DNA of 64,000 nucleotides from Candidatus Bathyarchaeia archaeon (GCA_049521795.1 JBEKOM010000003.1:157752-221751), one strand, 5' to 3'. Counted from the first letter of the stretch, positions 29,975 to 41,498 are shown. Translations and numbers: made by a program. The notes: generated by a model not told the origin, from the sequence alone.

Positions 29975-30133
29975 CTTTTTGCCTGTCTGTGTGTTTGTCT
30001 GTTTGTGTGTGTCTGTCTGTGTGTGTCTGTCTGTTGGTGTCAGTAGGTAGTAGTAAGTAGAAGTGGGAAGGAGAGGGAAAGGGAAGAAAGGGGAAGTAGA
30101 AGGAAGTTTGTGTGTGTGGGTAAAGTTTTATCC
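29975..30133. repeat. Simple-sequence tract (TGTC/TG then purine-rich) ending in GGGTAAAGTTTTATCC
   Basis: Same layout at 26482-26591 and 27234-27323. Confidence 0.75.
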
Positions 30134-30690
30134 CAGACACTAGACCCTTGACTCAACCATTTTCATGACTTCTAAGTGTCTTGAGTTCTCGAGTTGGACT
30201 ATCTGCTTAGCGCGCGTCGCCGTTTTGATCGCGCGGTTGCTGGACTTGAACCCGTTTGGGTTCGAATCCCCTAGAGGTCAATCCCAGAAACGGTACGAAT
30301 CCTTATAGTTCTGCTTTTGTTTCGCATGCGCGAAATTAGCGCACGCACTTCAATTTGTTACACTTGATGGTTCTTTCTACATTCTGCAAAACTTCTCGAT
30401 ATCACAATTTGTTACAGTCCGGTCGTCAAAAGAATTTCGCGGTCAGTATGCAAATAGCGGCGCGGCCTTTATGCACGAGCACGCGCGCCTAGGTCTGGAG
30501 ACAAACTATGCGCGCACTAACGTTGGCTATGATCGTCGGCTTATGTACTTGCCTGACGAACGCTTGAAGCATCCCAGTGCCCAAGTGCATTCTTGTTGGA
30601 CAGATAAACAATAAGATTTATTAAGATATAAGATATCTCCCTCACTAAACCGTACGGACAAGCCTGACTCTAAACCCGGGAGATCAACAC

Positions 30691-32658
30691 TTGAAAGGCC
30701 ACGATTCCAGCAGAAGATTCTTCTCAGTAATGAATGCAAGCGCATTCTGGATTCTCACAGTTCTAGCCATCTTGACTCTGGTTTCCTCAGCGATCACGCG
30801 TCCCGCCTACGGAGGATCAATGGGGCTTGGGAACCTTCCAGGACCGTTTGTCTCCTCTGACGGAACTATGAACTGCACTGCTGTTGTCGCTTCAAGTGTT
30901 GGGCATGGGCCTTGTGGTGGTGCTAACACGATGGACGTGATGGGCGCCATACTCGTGGGAGGCGAATTTGGCTTGAAAACCAACAACGGCAACGGCACAT
31001 TGGAGGCAACGATGGATGACTATGTTTCAACCTACAACTTTACTACTGCGAAAGTTCAACTTGGGGATCTTTCGTCGAATCTGATCGTGATCGGCGGTCC
31101 GGGTGTCAACCAGATAACGTGGTACTACAACAACCTGAGGAACAGTAGCGGCGACAGAGTGTTACCCGTCTACTTCGACAAGTTCCCAAACGGAACCGAC
31201 TACATCTACGCGGTTGCTACCAGCAATTCCTACACGATCGAGCGCGATGGTCTGGGCAGGGTGTCAGCCGACTACGGTGTCATTTTGATGTTTCAGGATG
31301 GGCCACGTTTTGTTCTTATCCTCGCCGGACTGGGTGGGTCTGGCACAGCAGCTGCTTGCCAAATCATCTCGTCGTATGGCAGTTGGAACCTACAGGGAGC
31401 CGCGGCAATCGTGAAGTACAGCGACACGAACGGTGACGGATTGCTAGACACTCTTTCTGTCGTGGAAGAGGCTTCAGGGCCGATAAGCACGTTTAATGTA
31501 GCTAGCTTCCTGTCGTTCGGACTGTTTTCAGCCGCGCTGTTGCCCAAGTTGAAGGCTCAGAGACGGAGGTTTCCATCCAGGCGTCAACTGTTAAGGCTTT
31601 CAATAGTTCTGCTCCTCTTGTTGGCAGTCTCGCAAATCGCATTAATCGCTTTCTCAGATAGTCCGGGCCCTGATTTATACACCTTTAAGGATTTCTCGCA
31701 TCCATTTGTCTCCTCTGGTGGTTTATTTAACTGCACCGCTGTTGTTGCTTCAAGTGTTGGACATGGTCCTTGTGGCGGTGCTAACACGATGGACGTGATG
31801 GGCGCCATCATGGTCGGCGCTCGGTTCGGGATGGATGCAACCGGAGGGTCTTTGTGTTCAACTCTGGACGATTACATTTCATCATACGATATGAACACGG
31901 GACAAATGAACCTCTCTTCTTTGACAAGCAACCTCGTGGTTGTTGGCGGTCCGGGTGTCAACCAGATAACGTGGTACTACAACAACCTGAGGAACAGTAG
32001 CGGCGACAGAGTGTTACCCGTCTACTTCGACAAGTTCCCAAACGGAACCGACTACATCTACGTGCCTTCAAGCGGTCATTACTACACCGTTGAACATGAC
32101 TCTCAGGGAAGAGTGAGCGCAGACTACGGAGTGGTAACCCTTTTTCAAGACACCACGCATGGCTGGTGGGTGCTCATTGCTGCAGGTCTAGGAGGGGCAG
32201 GAACGCTTGCAGCATTGAGGCTATTGACAACCTATAGAAGCTGGAGCCTTTTTGGCCAGGGTGTTGTGGTCAAGGATTCTGACACCAATGGAGACGGGTA
32301 CTTGGACACGATAAGCGTTCCGGAGCTCGTGGGGGTTGGAAATAGTATGGACGTTTTCTGCGATGTTAATTGCCGAAACGCGATTCGATCAATAGATTGG
32401 GGAGCCCTCACTCCGGGGGAGACAAAAAACGTGACAGTTTACGTTAGAAATGAAGGGCAAGGAGGCATCGTTCTTGCGTTGAACATCTCTGATTGGACTC
32501 CGCCAACGGCTTCAAACTACCTGAGCATAGGATGGAACTATTCAGGAGGTGTCGTCCAGTCTGGGCAGACTGTGCCGATCATGCTCACGTTGAACGTGAA
32601 CTCAAGCGTTACAGGTGTTACTGACTTCGGAGTTAACATCACGATTAGTTCCGATTGA
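30691..32658 (+). CDS. S-layer-like surface protein with internally duplicated domain
   Basis: Signal peptide; two copies of a domain with NL.V.GGPGVN and D.NGDG..D; two central hydrophobic helices; many N-x-S/T sequons. Confidence 0.75.
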   Translation: MKGHDSSRRFFSVMNASAFWILTVLAILTLVSSAITRPAYGGSMGLGNLPGPFVSSDGTMNCTAVVASSVGHGPCGGANTMDVMGAILVGGEFGLKTNNGNGTLEATMDDYVSTYNFTTAKVQLGDLSSNLIVIGGPGVNQITWYYNNLRNSSGDRVLPVYFDKFPNGTDYIYAVATSNSYTIERDGLGRVSADYGVILMFQDGPRFVLILAGLGGSGTAAACQIISSYGSWNLQGAAAIVKYSDTNGDGLLDTLSVVEEASGPISTFNVASFLSFGLFSAALLPKLKAQRRRFPSRRQLLRLSIVLLLLLAVSQIALIAFSDSPGPDLYTFKDFSHPFVSSGGLFNCTAVVASSVGHGPCGGANTMDVMGAIMVGARFGMDATGGSLCSTLDDYISSYDMNTGQMNLSSLTSNLVVVGGPGVNQITWYYNNLRNSSGDRVLPVYFDKFPNGTDYIYVPSSGHYYTVEHDSQGRVSADYGVVTLFQDTTHGWWVLIAAGLGGAGTLAALRLLTTYRSWSLFGQGVVVKDSDTNGDGYLDTISVPELVGVGNSMDVFCDVNCRNAIRSIDWGALTPGETKNVTVYVRNEGQGGIVLALNISDWTPPTASNYLSIGWNYSGGVVQSGQTVPIMLTLNVNSSVTGVTDFGVNITISSD

Positions 32659-32750
32659 GACGCGTTAGAATTGGTATCATGATTCGCAATACATAATACT
32701 TAATACTTCTCCAGATGAAAAAACGTTAATGGACAGATAGAACCTGCGGC

Positions 32751-34103
32751 TTGATTCTCATGTTTCAACTGCGTCGTTTAGCAATCAGTATTCCGAAGCG
32801 AGGCTACTTTGTGGCAGGATTGCTGCTTCGACTGGTTCTTGCGCCCTTTCTGAGTCATCCGTTTGACATGCGGGTCTTCATGGCGGTCGGTGTCGCAGTG
32901 TCCAAGGGGATAACCCCTTACGGTCAGTATGTCCTTCAGAACATGTTTGCCGCAACACCGCAGTTGCATCTTTATGGGACGTTTCAAGGCATAGGGTATC
33001 CGCCACTTTGGGGTCTGATGACCGGATGCATGTACGCGCTGTCTTCGGTCTTTGCTCCGAACAATTTGTATGCGTACGTTCTTGCTCTGAAGCTTCCTGT
33101 GATCGTGGGAGAAATGGCGCTTGCCATCTTGGTCTACAACATTTTGAAGGCTCAGGCCAACGAGAAGATTGCCAAGGCGGCCTTTCTCCTGTTCATCTTC
33201 TGCCCTTTCATAATGGTTGTGGGCACCGTGTGGGGCATGTTTGACGTCATTGCACTCGTCTTTGCTTTACTGTCTGCCTATGTTCTTCTTCGCGATTGGA
33301 AACTGTCTGCGGTTTTCTTGTCAGTGTCCTCTCTCCTCAAGCTCTTTCCCCTCGTCCTCGCTCCATTGTATTCCATTTTTCTCTACAAATCCACCCGGAG
33401 CCTGAAGCTTGCCGTTAGTTTCCTTGTATCTACAGTTGCTGTCACAGCTGTTTTTACTTTTCTTCCGATGATCTTGTTCAACTGGCCGATTTCTAATATG
33501 TACAATGCTCTCACTTATCAATTCACGACAGCCAATCCTTCGTATGACAACGCCGCCTCTTTTCCCTACGGGGCTGCGAGTCCCTTTAACGCTTTCACTC
33601 TTCTGAATAATCTGGCACACAGCAGCATACAACCGGTCGCGCTGTCTGTCTACATTTGGATCCCGGCATGCGTTGCGGTCTACGTGCTTCTTCTCCGTGG
33701 CCGGACGTCTGTCACGGTTAAGGAAGTGGGCGCCAGCACAGATTTTGCCCTCATTGTGCAGTGGTCGCTGCTTCTCTTTCTAACGTTGTTTACCACGCGG
33801 GCCTGGGTTTCTGAGCAGAACCTCATCTTTCTCTTTGTTTTTTTCTCTCTAAGCGTGTTTCTACAGTATCGTAAGGAGTTGTACAAAGTGCAATTGTTAT
33901 GGTTGCTTCTGTTCATTTTTGTGTTGGTGCATGTGCCCGCGATATCGTTCTTGTGGCTTCCGTTACCGTGGACACTCAACGTAGCCAGCGCTTTTGCCGA
34001 CGGTCCATTCGGATGGACTAGGCTGCTGCTTATGACCGGGTTGACCTTAAGCTGGCTTGCCTTGTGCTGGCACTACGTTGCCAGAAAGCTGAGGTGGTGG
34101 TGA
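32751..34103 (+). CDS. Multi-TM GT-C glycosyltransferase (GT87/PIG-M-like)
   Basis: HPFD, YPPLW, KLP, WGMFD, LKLFP; many TM helices. Confidence 0.8.
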   Translation: MILMFQLRRLAISIPKRGYFVAGLLLRLVLAPFLSHPFDMRVFMAVGVAVSKGITPYGQYVLQNMFAATPQLHLYGTFQGIGYPPLWGLMTGCMYALSSVFAPNNLYAYVLALKLPVIVGEMALAILVYNILKAQANEKIAKAAFLLFIFCPFIMVVGTVWGMFDVIALVFALLSAYVLLRDWKLSAVFLSVSSLLKLFPLVLAPLYSIFLYKSTRSLKLAVSFLVSTVAVTAVFTFLPMILFNWPISNMYNALTYQFTTANPSYDNAASFPYGAASPFNAFTLLNNLAHSSIQPVALSVYIWIPACVAVYVLLLRGRTSVTVKEVGASTDFALIVQWSLLLFLTLFTTRAWVSEQNLIFLFVFFSLSVFLQYRKELYKVQLLWLLLFIFVLVHVPAISFLWLPLPWTLNVASAFADGPFGWTRLLLMTGLTLSWLALCWHYVARKLRWW

Positions 34104-35257
34104 CGAAGGTACTAACGCTTCTTTTGCACGATGAGCGTTTCAGCGGATGGACGCCACGAGACAAGCTTGTTCGCCAGCACTTTTCAACGCAGTACCTGCG
34201 TTTTTACAGGCATAAAGGCGCAGACCCGATGCTGTACACTTTTCACGAGCATGTAAAGTCTAACCAGATTCACGAGCTGGACCGCGTCGGCACAGTCAAG
34301 ATTTTTCCTGTGAGGTTCCGCTTTCCGCCGTTTCTGCGTTTCGGCAACGATCATAACCCTGAGTCCATAATGCGAGAAATGCTTCGTGACCAACCAGACC
34401 TCGTGCACTTTCACCACTACTATCTGTTCTCATATCCTTACACGGCCATGTTTGTCAAGAAAAGGCTCAGACGACCGTTGATCGTACAACTTCACGGAGT
34501 TAACGACAATTACATCCGAAAATGGTGCTATCTGCCATGTCTCTTGGCGTTAAAGCACGCTGATAGGGTTCTTTACAGCTACGAGCCTGAAAGACTCATC
34601 TACGAGAAGTTAGGGATTGCTGACAAAGTTGTCAAGCTGCCTTTTCCAGGTGTTGATCCTGGAGTCTTCAGACCGCAAAAGCGGCGCAGTTCGAATAGGT
34701 TGCTGTATGTTGGAAGAATCCCGGATCGGGAAACTGCCTACGGTGAAAAATCTCCATTTCTGCTAATTCGCATTTTTGAGAGACTGTTGCACCATGATGA
34801 GAACGTCTTGTTGGACATCGTGGGAGATGGTCCTGGTCTATCTCGAAGTCGCAGGCTGGCTCAAAGTCTAGAAGTAGCTGACCGTGTGTCTTTCCACGGC
34901 TATGTTGATCACAAGGACCTGCCCGCGTATTACCGCGCTTCGGCGTTGACTTTCTCTCCTATTCAGCTCTACGATGTTGATGGGTGGATTGATGGTGCAA
35001 TACAGGAGAGCCTTGCCTGCGGCACACCAGTTGTGGCGCTGAAGGCGTCAGCCAAAGCACGGTTGCGAGGAACCTACGGGTTTCTGCTTTCGAACAACAC
35101 GGAGAGAGCAGCCGAGGAACTTCACGAGCTCTTGAAGGCACCAGAGGAGATGAACCAAGTGGCGAGGGAAGGGTCAAGGTTTGTGCGCGAAAACTGTTCC
35201 TGCGACAAGGTTGTCTCCGAATTGGATAGAACATTAGAGGATGTGATTAGAAATTGA
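34064..35257 (+). CDS. GT4 family glycosyltransferase
   Basis: LYVGRI, VGDGP, ESLACGTPVV; true start probably GTG near 34094-34100. Confidence 0.85.
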   Translation: MLALRCQKAEVVVTKVLTLLLHDERFSGWTPRDKLVRQHFSTQYLRFYRHKGADPMLYTFHEHVKSNQIHELDRVGTVKIFPVRFRFPPFLRFGNDHNPESIMREMLRDQPDLVHFHHYYLFSYPYTAMFVKKRLRRPLIVQLHGVNDNYIRKWCYLPCLLALKHADRVLYSYEPERLIYEKLGIADKVVKLPFPGVDPGVFRPQKRRSSNRLLYVGRIPDRETAYGEKSPFLLIRIFERLLHHDENVLLDIVGDGPGLSRSRRLAQSLEVADRVSFHGYVDHKDLPAYYRASALTFSPIQLYDVDGWIDGAIQESLACGTPVVALKASAKARLRGTYGFLLSNNTERAAEELHELLKAPEEMNQVAREGSRFVRENCSCDKVVSELDRTLEDVIRN

Positions 35258-36174
35258 AAATAAGCATAGCTGTTTGTGCCTATAACGAGGAAAAATCAAT
35301 CGGGCCCCTACTGCAGAACCTGATGAGTCAACGAACCCCGGCTGAGGTTGCAGACCGTGAAATCATAGTCGTAGCGTCAGGATGCACAGACAGAACTGTT
35401 GAAATCGTCAAAGAACACATGAAGACGAACACGAGGATCGCTCTTATTGAAGAGGAGGAGAGGTTAGGCAAGGCGTCAGCGTTGAACAAGGCTTTTGTTG
35501 CTTCGTCCGGTGACTACATTGCCCTAGTTCCAGCAGATGTCGTGCCTGCTGAGGGTGCCATGTTTAACCTGCTTGTCCCGTTCAGAGACAGCAGTGTGTC
35601 GGCGGTGAGCGGTCGTCCGATGCAGAACCCTTGGAAAGTGCCCAAGGGTTTCTCGGGCTACTTGGCCAACATGACGTACAGACTTTGGTCCAGGTTGATG
35701 AGAAGGCTAAACGACAAGGGTGAGATAGCTCATTGCAGCGGAGAATTCATGGCCATAAGAAGCGATGTCAAAACGGTCATCCCCGATGACTGCGCTGCTG
35801 ACGACTCTTACATTGCCATCGCCGCCAAGAAGAAAGGCGTGATAAAGTTTGCTCCCAAAGCCGTCTGCTACAACCTGTTACCTTCTAACCTTGCTGATTA
35901 CATAAACCAAAGAAGAAGATGGCTTTACGGCCATTTTCAGACAAAGAAAATGACAGGCGAATATCCGACGGTGCTGGACACGATGGTTCTGTCAAGGCCC
36001 GGCGTCACATTGCGGGTCCTCGCTGAGGAGGCAGCCGAGAAGCCAAAGGACACAGGTTACCTTGCAACCGCCGTAATTGTCGAAGGGATCATATACCTGC
36101 TGTCCATCTTCGACCGTCTGCTCTGTCGTCAATACGGTGTTTGGCCAGTGATCAAATCAACGAAGTCTGTCTAG
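35254..36174 (+). CDS. GT2 family glycosyltransferase
   Basis: AYNEE, GKASALN, ADD, QRRRW. Confidence 0.88.
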   Translation: MKISIAVCAYNEEKSIGPLLQNLMSQRTPAEVADREIIVVASGCTDRTVEIVKEHMKTNTRIALIEEEERLGKASALNKAFVASSGDYIALVPADVVPAEGAMFNLLVPFRDSSVSAVSGRPMQNPWKVPKGFSGYLANMTYRLWSRLMRRLNDKGEIAHCSGEFMAIRSDVKTVIPDDCAADDSYIAIAAKKKGVIKFAPKAVCYNLLPSNLADYINQRRRWLYGHFQTKKMTGEYPTVLDTMVLSRPGVTLRVLAEEAAEKPKDTGYLATAVIVEGIIYLLSIFDRLLCRQYGVWPVIKSTKSV

Positions 36175-36200
36175 ACTTGAAAATATTATGAGAGATCCAT

Positions 36201-37082
36201 ATGACCAAAATCTGTGTGGTGATACCAACGTACAACGAGGCTGAAAATCTGCCGAGCCTGACTGCACAAATCGAGGAGGCGCTGGGCAACGGGGATTTCA
36301 GCCTTATCATTGTGGATGACAATAGTCCAGACAAAACAGCGAGGGTCGCCGAACAGCAGAATCGTGTGTATGGAAATGTCATCGTCAGAACTAGAGCGGT
36401 AGAACGTGGCTTGGGATCCGCTCTTCTAGAGGGGCTCAAGACTGCCCTCGACATGAAGGATGTCGAACAAATCGTAACGCTAGACGCAGACTTATCCCAC
36501 AATCCAAGAGAGATCCCCAAGTTGCTTCATGCATCACAAAAAACAGGCATGGTTCAAGGAAGCCGGTATGTTGAATACGGAACGGTGATAGGCTGGGGTT
36601 TAAAGAGAAGGCTGATCAGTTGCGGTGCAAACTTGATCTGCAAGTTGCTGCTGAGGACATCAATGCAAGATTGCACCGGTAACTTCAGGGTTTATTCAAG
36701 GGAGTGTGCAGAGGCAATTGTGAATTCCACGGTCACTAAGGGTTTTGAGTGGGTCGTTGAAGCTGTGCTGGTCGCCAGGAAACATGGGTTTTGGGTCAGG
36801 GAAGTTCCCATCACTTTCACGGGTCGCAGGGAAGGAAAGACAAAACTGAAAGCCTCGGAAATGCTGAGCTGGGCACTTTTTACAGTGAAAAGCCTGTTCT
36901 CCATCAAGCGTTTGAAACTAAACGCATCGGCTCAGCCGAAGCATGTGATCCACAGGTCGTCAACCTTCACCGTAACAGCAGTTGCTCCAATCACTTCTGC
37001 CACAACGTACACGCTTTCAAGAGCGTCACCAGGTCTGAGTGACCATGCCGAGTTGATGCGCCCGGTTAGATCCACCGAGTAG
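36201..37082 (+). CDS. Polyprenol-phosphate mannose synthase (Dpm1-like GT2)
   Basis: IPTYNEAEN, VDDNSPD.T, DADLSH, GSRY, EVPITF..R..GKTK. Confidence 0.88.
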   Translation: MTKICVVIPTYNEAENLPSLTAQIEEALGNGDFSLIIVDDNSPDKTARVAEQQNRVYGNVIVRTRAVERGLGSALLEGLKTALDMKDVEQIVTLDADLSHNPREIPKLLHASQKTGMVQGSRYVEYGTVIGWGLKRRLISCGANLICKLLLRTSMQDCTGNFRVYSRECAEAIVNSTVTKGFEWVVEAVLVARKHGFWVREVPITFTGRREGKTKLKASEMLSWALFTVKSLFSIKRLKLNASAQPKHVIHRSSTFTVTAVAPITSATTYTLSRASPGLSDHAELMRPVRSTE

Positions 37083-37714
37083 TTCTTCCACTCGCCCAGA
37101 GCTGCTTGGTCCATTTTGTACTCGACTACGTCTCCGCCCTTATAGACCGTGTTGCCCCCAGACCTGACGTTTCCAGATTGACACGCGAGCACCGTGGGGC
37201 TGTCCCAAAAATCCATTTCGGTGTACACGACTGAACCGTTAAGCCGGTGAACCGCGCAGGCCAATGCGACCCGGAGCCATTCAACACCCGACTCGCAATC
37301 TGCGGTAAGCACGTTGGCTCGGAAGCTTGCTGAAACCTGCACGGGCTTCGACGTGTAAAGTGGAAGTTTCTCGTTTGATTTGAAGCTGGTCGTCCACCAC
37401 GCACCCGTCGCAACGTGTCCTGCTTCGTTAGGACCCGTTTCCAAGAATATCTCAGTCTCGTTCTCAAAGGTGACTGTCCAGCTTGAAGCGTTCGTGAGCC
37501 CTGTCGAGTGGGGGTTCCAGCACAGTCTGTTTTGTACTCCTGAAAGTGACACGTCTCCGTCGACGTTGACTATTTCCCCGGTCCCCATCGCCAAGGTTCG
37601 TTGAATGCTATTTCCTGTATCTAGGACTGACGGGCTTGAAACCGAGCCGTTAACCAGTAGCAGAGCTGGCAACATTCCCAGAAGAATTGCGATTAGGGCG
37701 TAACGCTTATCCAT
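36932..37714 (-). CDS. Secreted beta-sandwich hypothetical protein
   Basis: Signal peptide; Trp-rich beta strands ending VDDLWI. Confidence 0.65.
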   Translation of the reverse strand: MDKRYALIAILLGMLPALLLVNGSVSSPSVLDTGNSIQRTLAMGTGEIVNVDGDVSLSGVQNRLCWNPHSTGLTNASSWTVTFENETEIFLETGPNEAGHVATGAWWTTSFKSNEKLPLYTSKPVQVSASFRANVLTADCESGVEWLRVALACAVHRLNGSVVYTEMDFWDSPTVLACQSGNVRSGGNTVYKGGDVVEYKMDQAALGEWKNYSVDLTGRINSAWSLRPGDALESVYVVAEVIGATAVTVKVDDLWITCFG

Positions 37715-37919
37715 TTTTTTGTCCCATCAGCGTTTTTGTGTTGTACTGTACTAAGGTTGTACGTACATACAATATGTCTTAACTCGCACCTATTCCACAA
37801 CTACCAATGGTCAACAGCACCAATTAAACTTTATGTACACGTGTTGAACACACGACGCTTTGCTCGGAGGCCGCACCTTCTCCCGGCTGCAAAGACCGTG
37901 GTAAGCTTCCCAGACTTGA

Positions 37920-38130
37920 GCATCGATCCATACACCTGTCTGCTTCTTCAAGAAGTGTTACCACACAACATTACCAAACAACATTACCAAAACCGTTACC
38001 ACAAAAACCGGGGGGTCAAACGCGAAACACCACGCCTAGACAAACTCTCACAGAGGCACAAACTCACAGGAGAACAGAGGCACAGCATAGGATTCGTGTG
38101 TTACTGTTTCTGTTCCTTCTTTCTTCAGCA
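37920..38130 (+). repeat. Repeat family A copy 2 plus duplicated 3' end and flank of hdrA-mvhD
   Basis: 38013-38130 matches 56511-56602 (with an insertion), including TTACTGTTTCTGTTCCTT. Confidence 0.85.
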
Positions 38131-38158
38131 CGCGCGCGCCAAGTATGAGAAACGATAA

Positions 38159-39523
<1,365 letters not shown>

Positions 39524-39690
39524 ACCCGCGAGCACAGTACGTAGCCCTGCTTAGCGTGCCCAAGACATGAGGCAACGCCCTCTGAGGCCAAAACAAACCG
39601 TCGTTTCGGAGGACCAACTTGAACAACCGCTCAAGCCTCCCACGTTATTTTTATTAGAACGAAGAGAACAGAACGAATACTGGATGCCCT

Positions 39691-40659
39691 ATGATAAAGT
39701 TCGGAAGCTTTGTTCCTCAAGGATGGCTTTGCGAGTTCGCTGGCTGGGAGAAACCGGGAAAGGAGTTTGACGCCATCCGAAGCGTGGCCTTAGAATGCGA
39801 AAGGCTTGGGTACGACTCCGTTTGGCTTTACGACCATTTCATCACCTACCCCGAAGCCACCGCCGATCCATGCTTTGAGAGTTGGACCACATTGAGTGCC
39901 CTCGCCTCCATAACCACGAAACTGGGTCTGGGTACAATAGTAACGTGCAATTCGTACCGATATCCCTCGGTTTTGGCCAAGATCTCGGCAACACTGGATG
40001 TCATAAGCAACGGAAGACTAAACTTCGGAATAGGGGCTGGCTGGTACGGCGCAGAGTACAACGCCTATGGCATACCTTTCCCGAAAGCCCCTGTTCGAAT
40101 TGCGCAACTTGAAGAAGCCCTGCAGATAATCAGAAAAATGTGGGTGGATGAGGAACCCACTTTCCACGGAAAATACTACGCCATAGAAAAAGCGATCAAT
40201 GGCCCGAAACCGGTACAAAAGCCTCATCCTCCTATTCTGGTTGGAGGAAGAGGGAAGAAGCTGACCTTGAGAGTCACGGCCAGATTTGCTGATCGTTGCA
40301 ATTTTGGAGGAGGTGCCACACTCGAGGAATACAAGGAGCTTCTCAGCTTGTTAAAGAAGCATTGTAACGCGGTGGGCAGAAATCCGGACGAGATAGAAAA
40401 AACCCACATCGTAGATCGTGTTATCATAGGAGGAAACACTGAAGATTTAAGAGAGAAAATCAAGAGGTTCAAACCGAAGGACACGTCAACAGGAGAGTTC
40501 ATCAAGAGAAATCTGGTAGGAACACCAGAGCAGATTATCTGTCAAATCCAAGGGTTTGTTGACGTTGGGTTTACGTACTTTATGTTGCGGTTCCCCGATA
40601 TGATTGAACTCAAGCCGCTACGAATGTTCGCGGAGCAAGTCTTCCCAGCTTTCAAATGA
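39691..40659 (+). CDS. LLM-class F420-dependent oxidoreductase
   Basis: WLYDHF, ESWTTLSALA, GIGAGW..E, PKPVQKPHPPI. Confidence 0.9.
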   Translation: MIKFGSFVPQGWLCEFAGWEKPGKEFDAIRSVALECERLGYDSVWLYDHFITYPEATADPCFESWTTLSALASITTKLGLGTIVTCNSYRYPSVLAKISATLDVISNGRLNFGIGAGWYGAEYNAYGIPFPKAPVRIAQLEEALQIIRKMWVDEEPTFHGKYYAIEKAINGPKPVQKPHPPILVGGRGKKLTLRVTARFADRCNFGGGATLEEYKELLSLLKKHCNAVGRNPDEIEKTHIVDRVIIGGNTEDLREKIKRFKPKDTSTGEFIKRNLVGTPEQIICQIQGFVDVGFTYFMLRFPDMIELKPLRMFAEQVFPAFK

Positions 40660-40700
40660 AATTTGCTCAGCATAGCGCGCTTGTGGAGGAGTGCAGCAGC

Positions 40701-41498
40701 TCATCCTACTGAGACTGAAAACGAATTAGACTTCAGCCCCGTGCCACCCTGCCAGAGTTCGAAACCTGCTTCCACAGAGATAAGGTACCAAGAGTTTTGG
40801 ATGTAGCCCCTGGATACCGCGTCTGTGACGAACGTGTTGATATTGAAATTTGCAAACGTGGTCTTGCTGGTTATACGGTAGGCGATGTACTGCCAATTCA
40901 TGGTGGCAATCCAAACCTCCCAAGTAGCACCGGAGAGGGACACTGTGGCAATCTTTGAGCCTGCAGGCTGGATTGCCCCCTGATAGTTCAGCCAAACCAT
41001 CAATTCGGCGCCGTTAGGCGAACCGCCCGAGTAATCGCTCGTTTGATGGAACCAGACATCATAGACGGCGTCCCAAGCTCCAGTGCTGGCTGTGCCGAAA
41101 CTCCAATTGGTGCTAACACTCAGGCCGCTCACCCGTTTCGGCAGACCGCTATTGGCCGTGACGGTGCCATAGTGGTTGCCTTCATAAATGGAGGCGTAGG
41201 AAGCTGGTGGTCCGCTAGTAGACTTAGCGTGGTTTGCTGCAACTACAGTGAAGGCCCCTGTCTGGTTATTCACCTGAAGGGTCTGCACCCAGCCACTGTC
41301 TGGGTTCCAAACGTCGTTCTGTACACAGTACGTGTGCGTAGTTGGAGTGATCCAAGCAATATCATATTGTCTGGAAATGGTGACCGTTGCTGCCGGCGAG
41401 GATTGGCTAAGTATCGCCACGAGCAATGCTACCGAAACAAGAACAATGATGGAAATGGATAATGCCCAAAACTTTCTGTTGAAATAACGTCTTGCCAT
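40701..41498 (-). CDS. GH12 endoglucanase with N-terminal signal/anchor
   Basis: QNDVW, YDVWF, AELMVW, SVEAGFELW. Confidence 0.92.
   Translation of the reverse strand: MARRYFNRKFWALSISIIVLVSVALLVAILSQSSPAATVTISRQYDIAWITPTTHTYCVQNDVWNPDSGWVQTLQVNNQTGAFTVVAANHAKSTSGPPASYASIYEGNHYGTVTANSGLPKRVSGLSVSTNWSFGTASTGAWDAVYDVWFHQTSDYSGGSPNGAELMVWLNYQGAIQPAGSKIATVSLSGATWEVWIATMNWQYIAYRITSKTTFANFNINTFVTDAVSRGYIQNSWYLISVEAGFELWQGGTGLKSNSFSVSVG

Noticed and set aside
21846-30133. Canonical integron attC array
   Set aside because: No consistent RYYYAAC..GTTRRRY boxes, mixed gene orientation and no intI in the window
30242-30277. tRNA gene suggested by GGGTTCGAATCCC
   Set aside because: No acceptor, D or anticodon arms; the motif is one arm of a local hairpin repeat
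36932-37082. 151-bp convergent overlap as a functional feature
   Set aside because: The Dpm1-like tail beyond the catalytic domain is low-information; a lost stop codon is the simpler explanation
37736-38158. ORFs 37736-38158, 56232-56465 and 56417-56689 sharing peptide words
   Set aside because: The similarity comes from translating non-coding repeat family A
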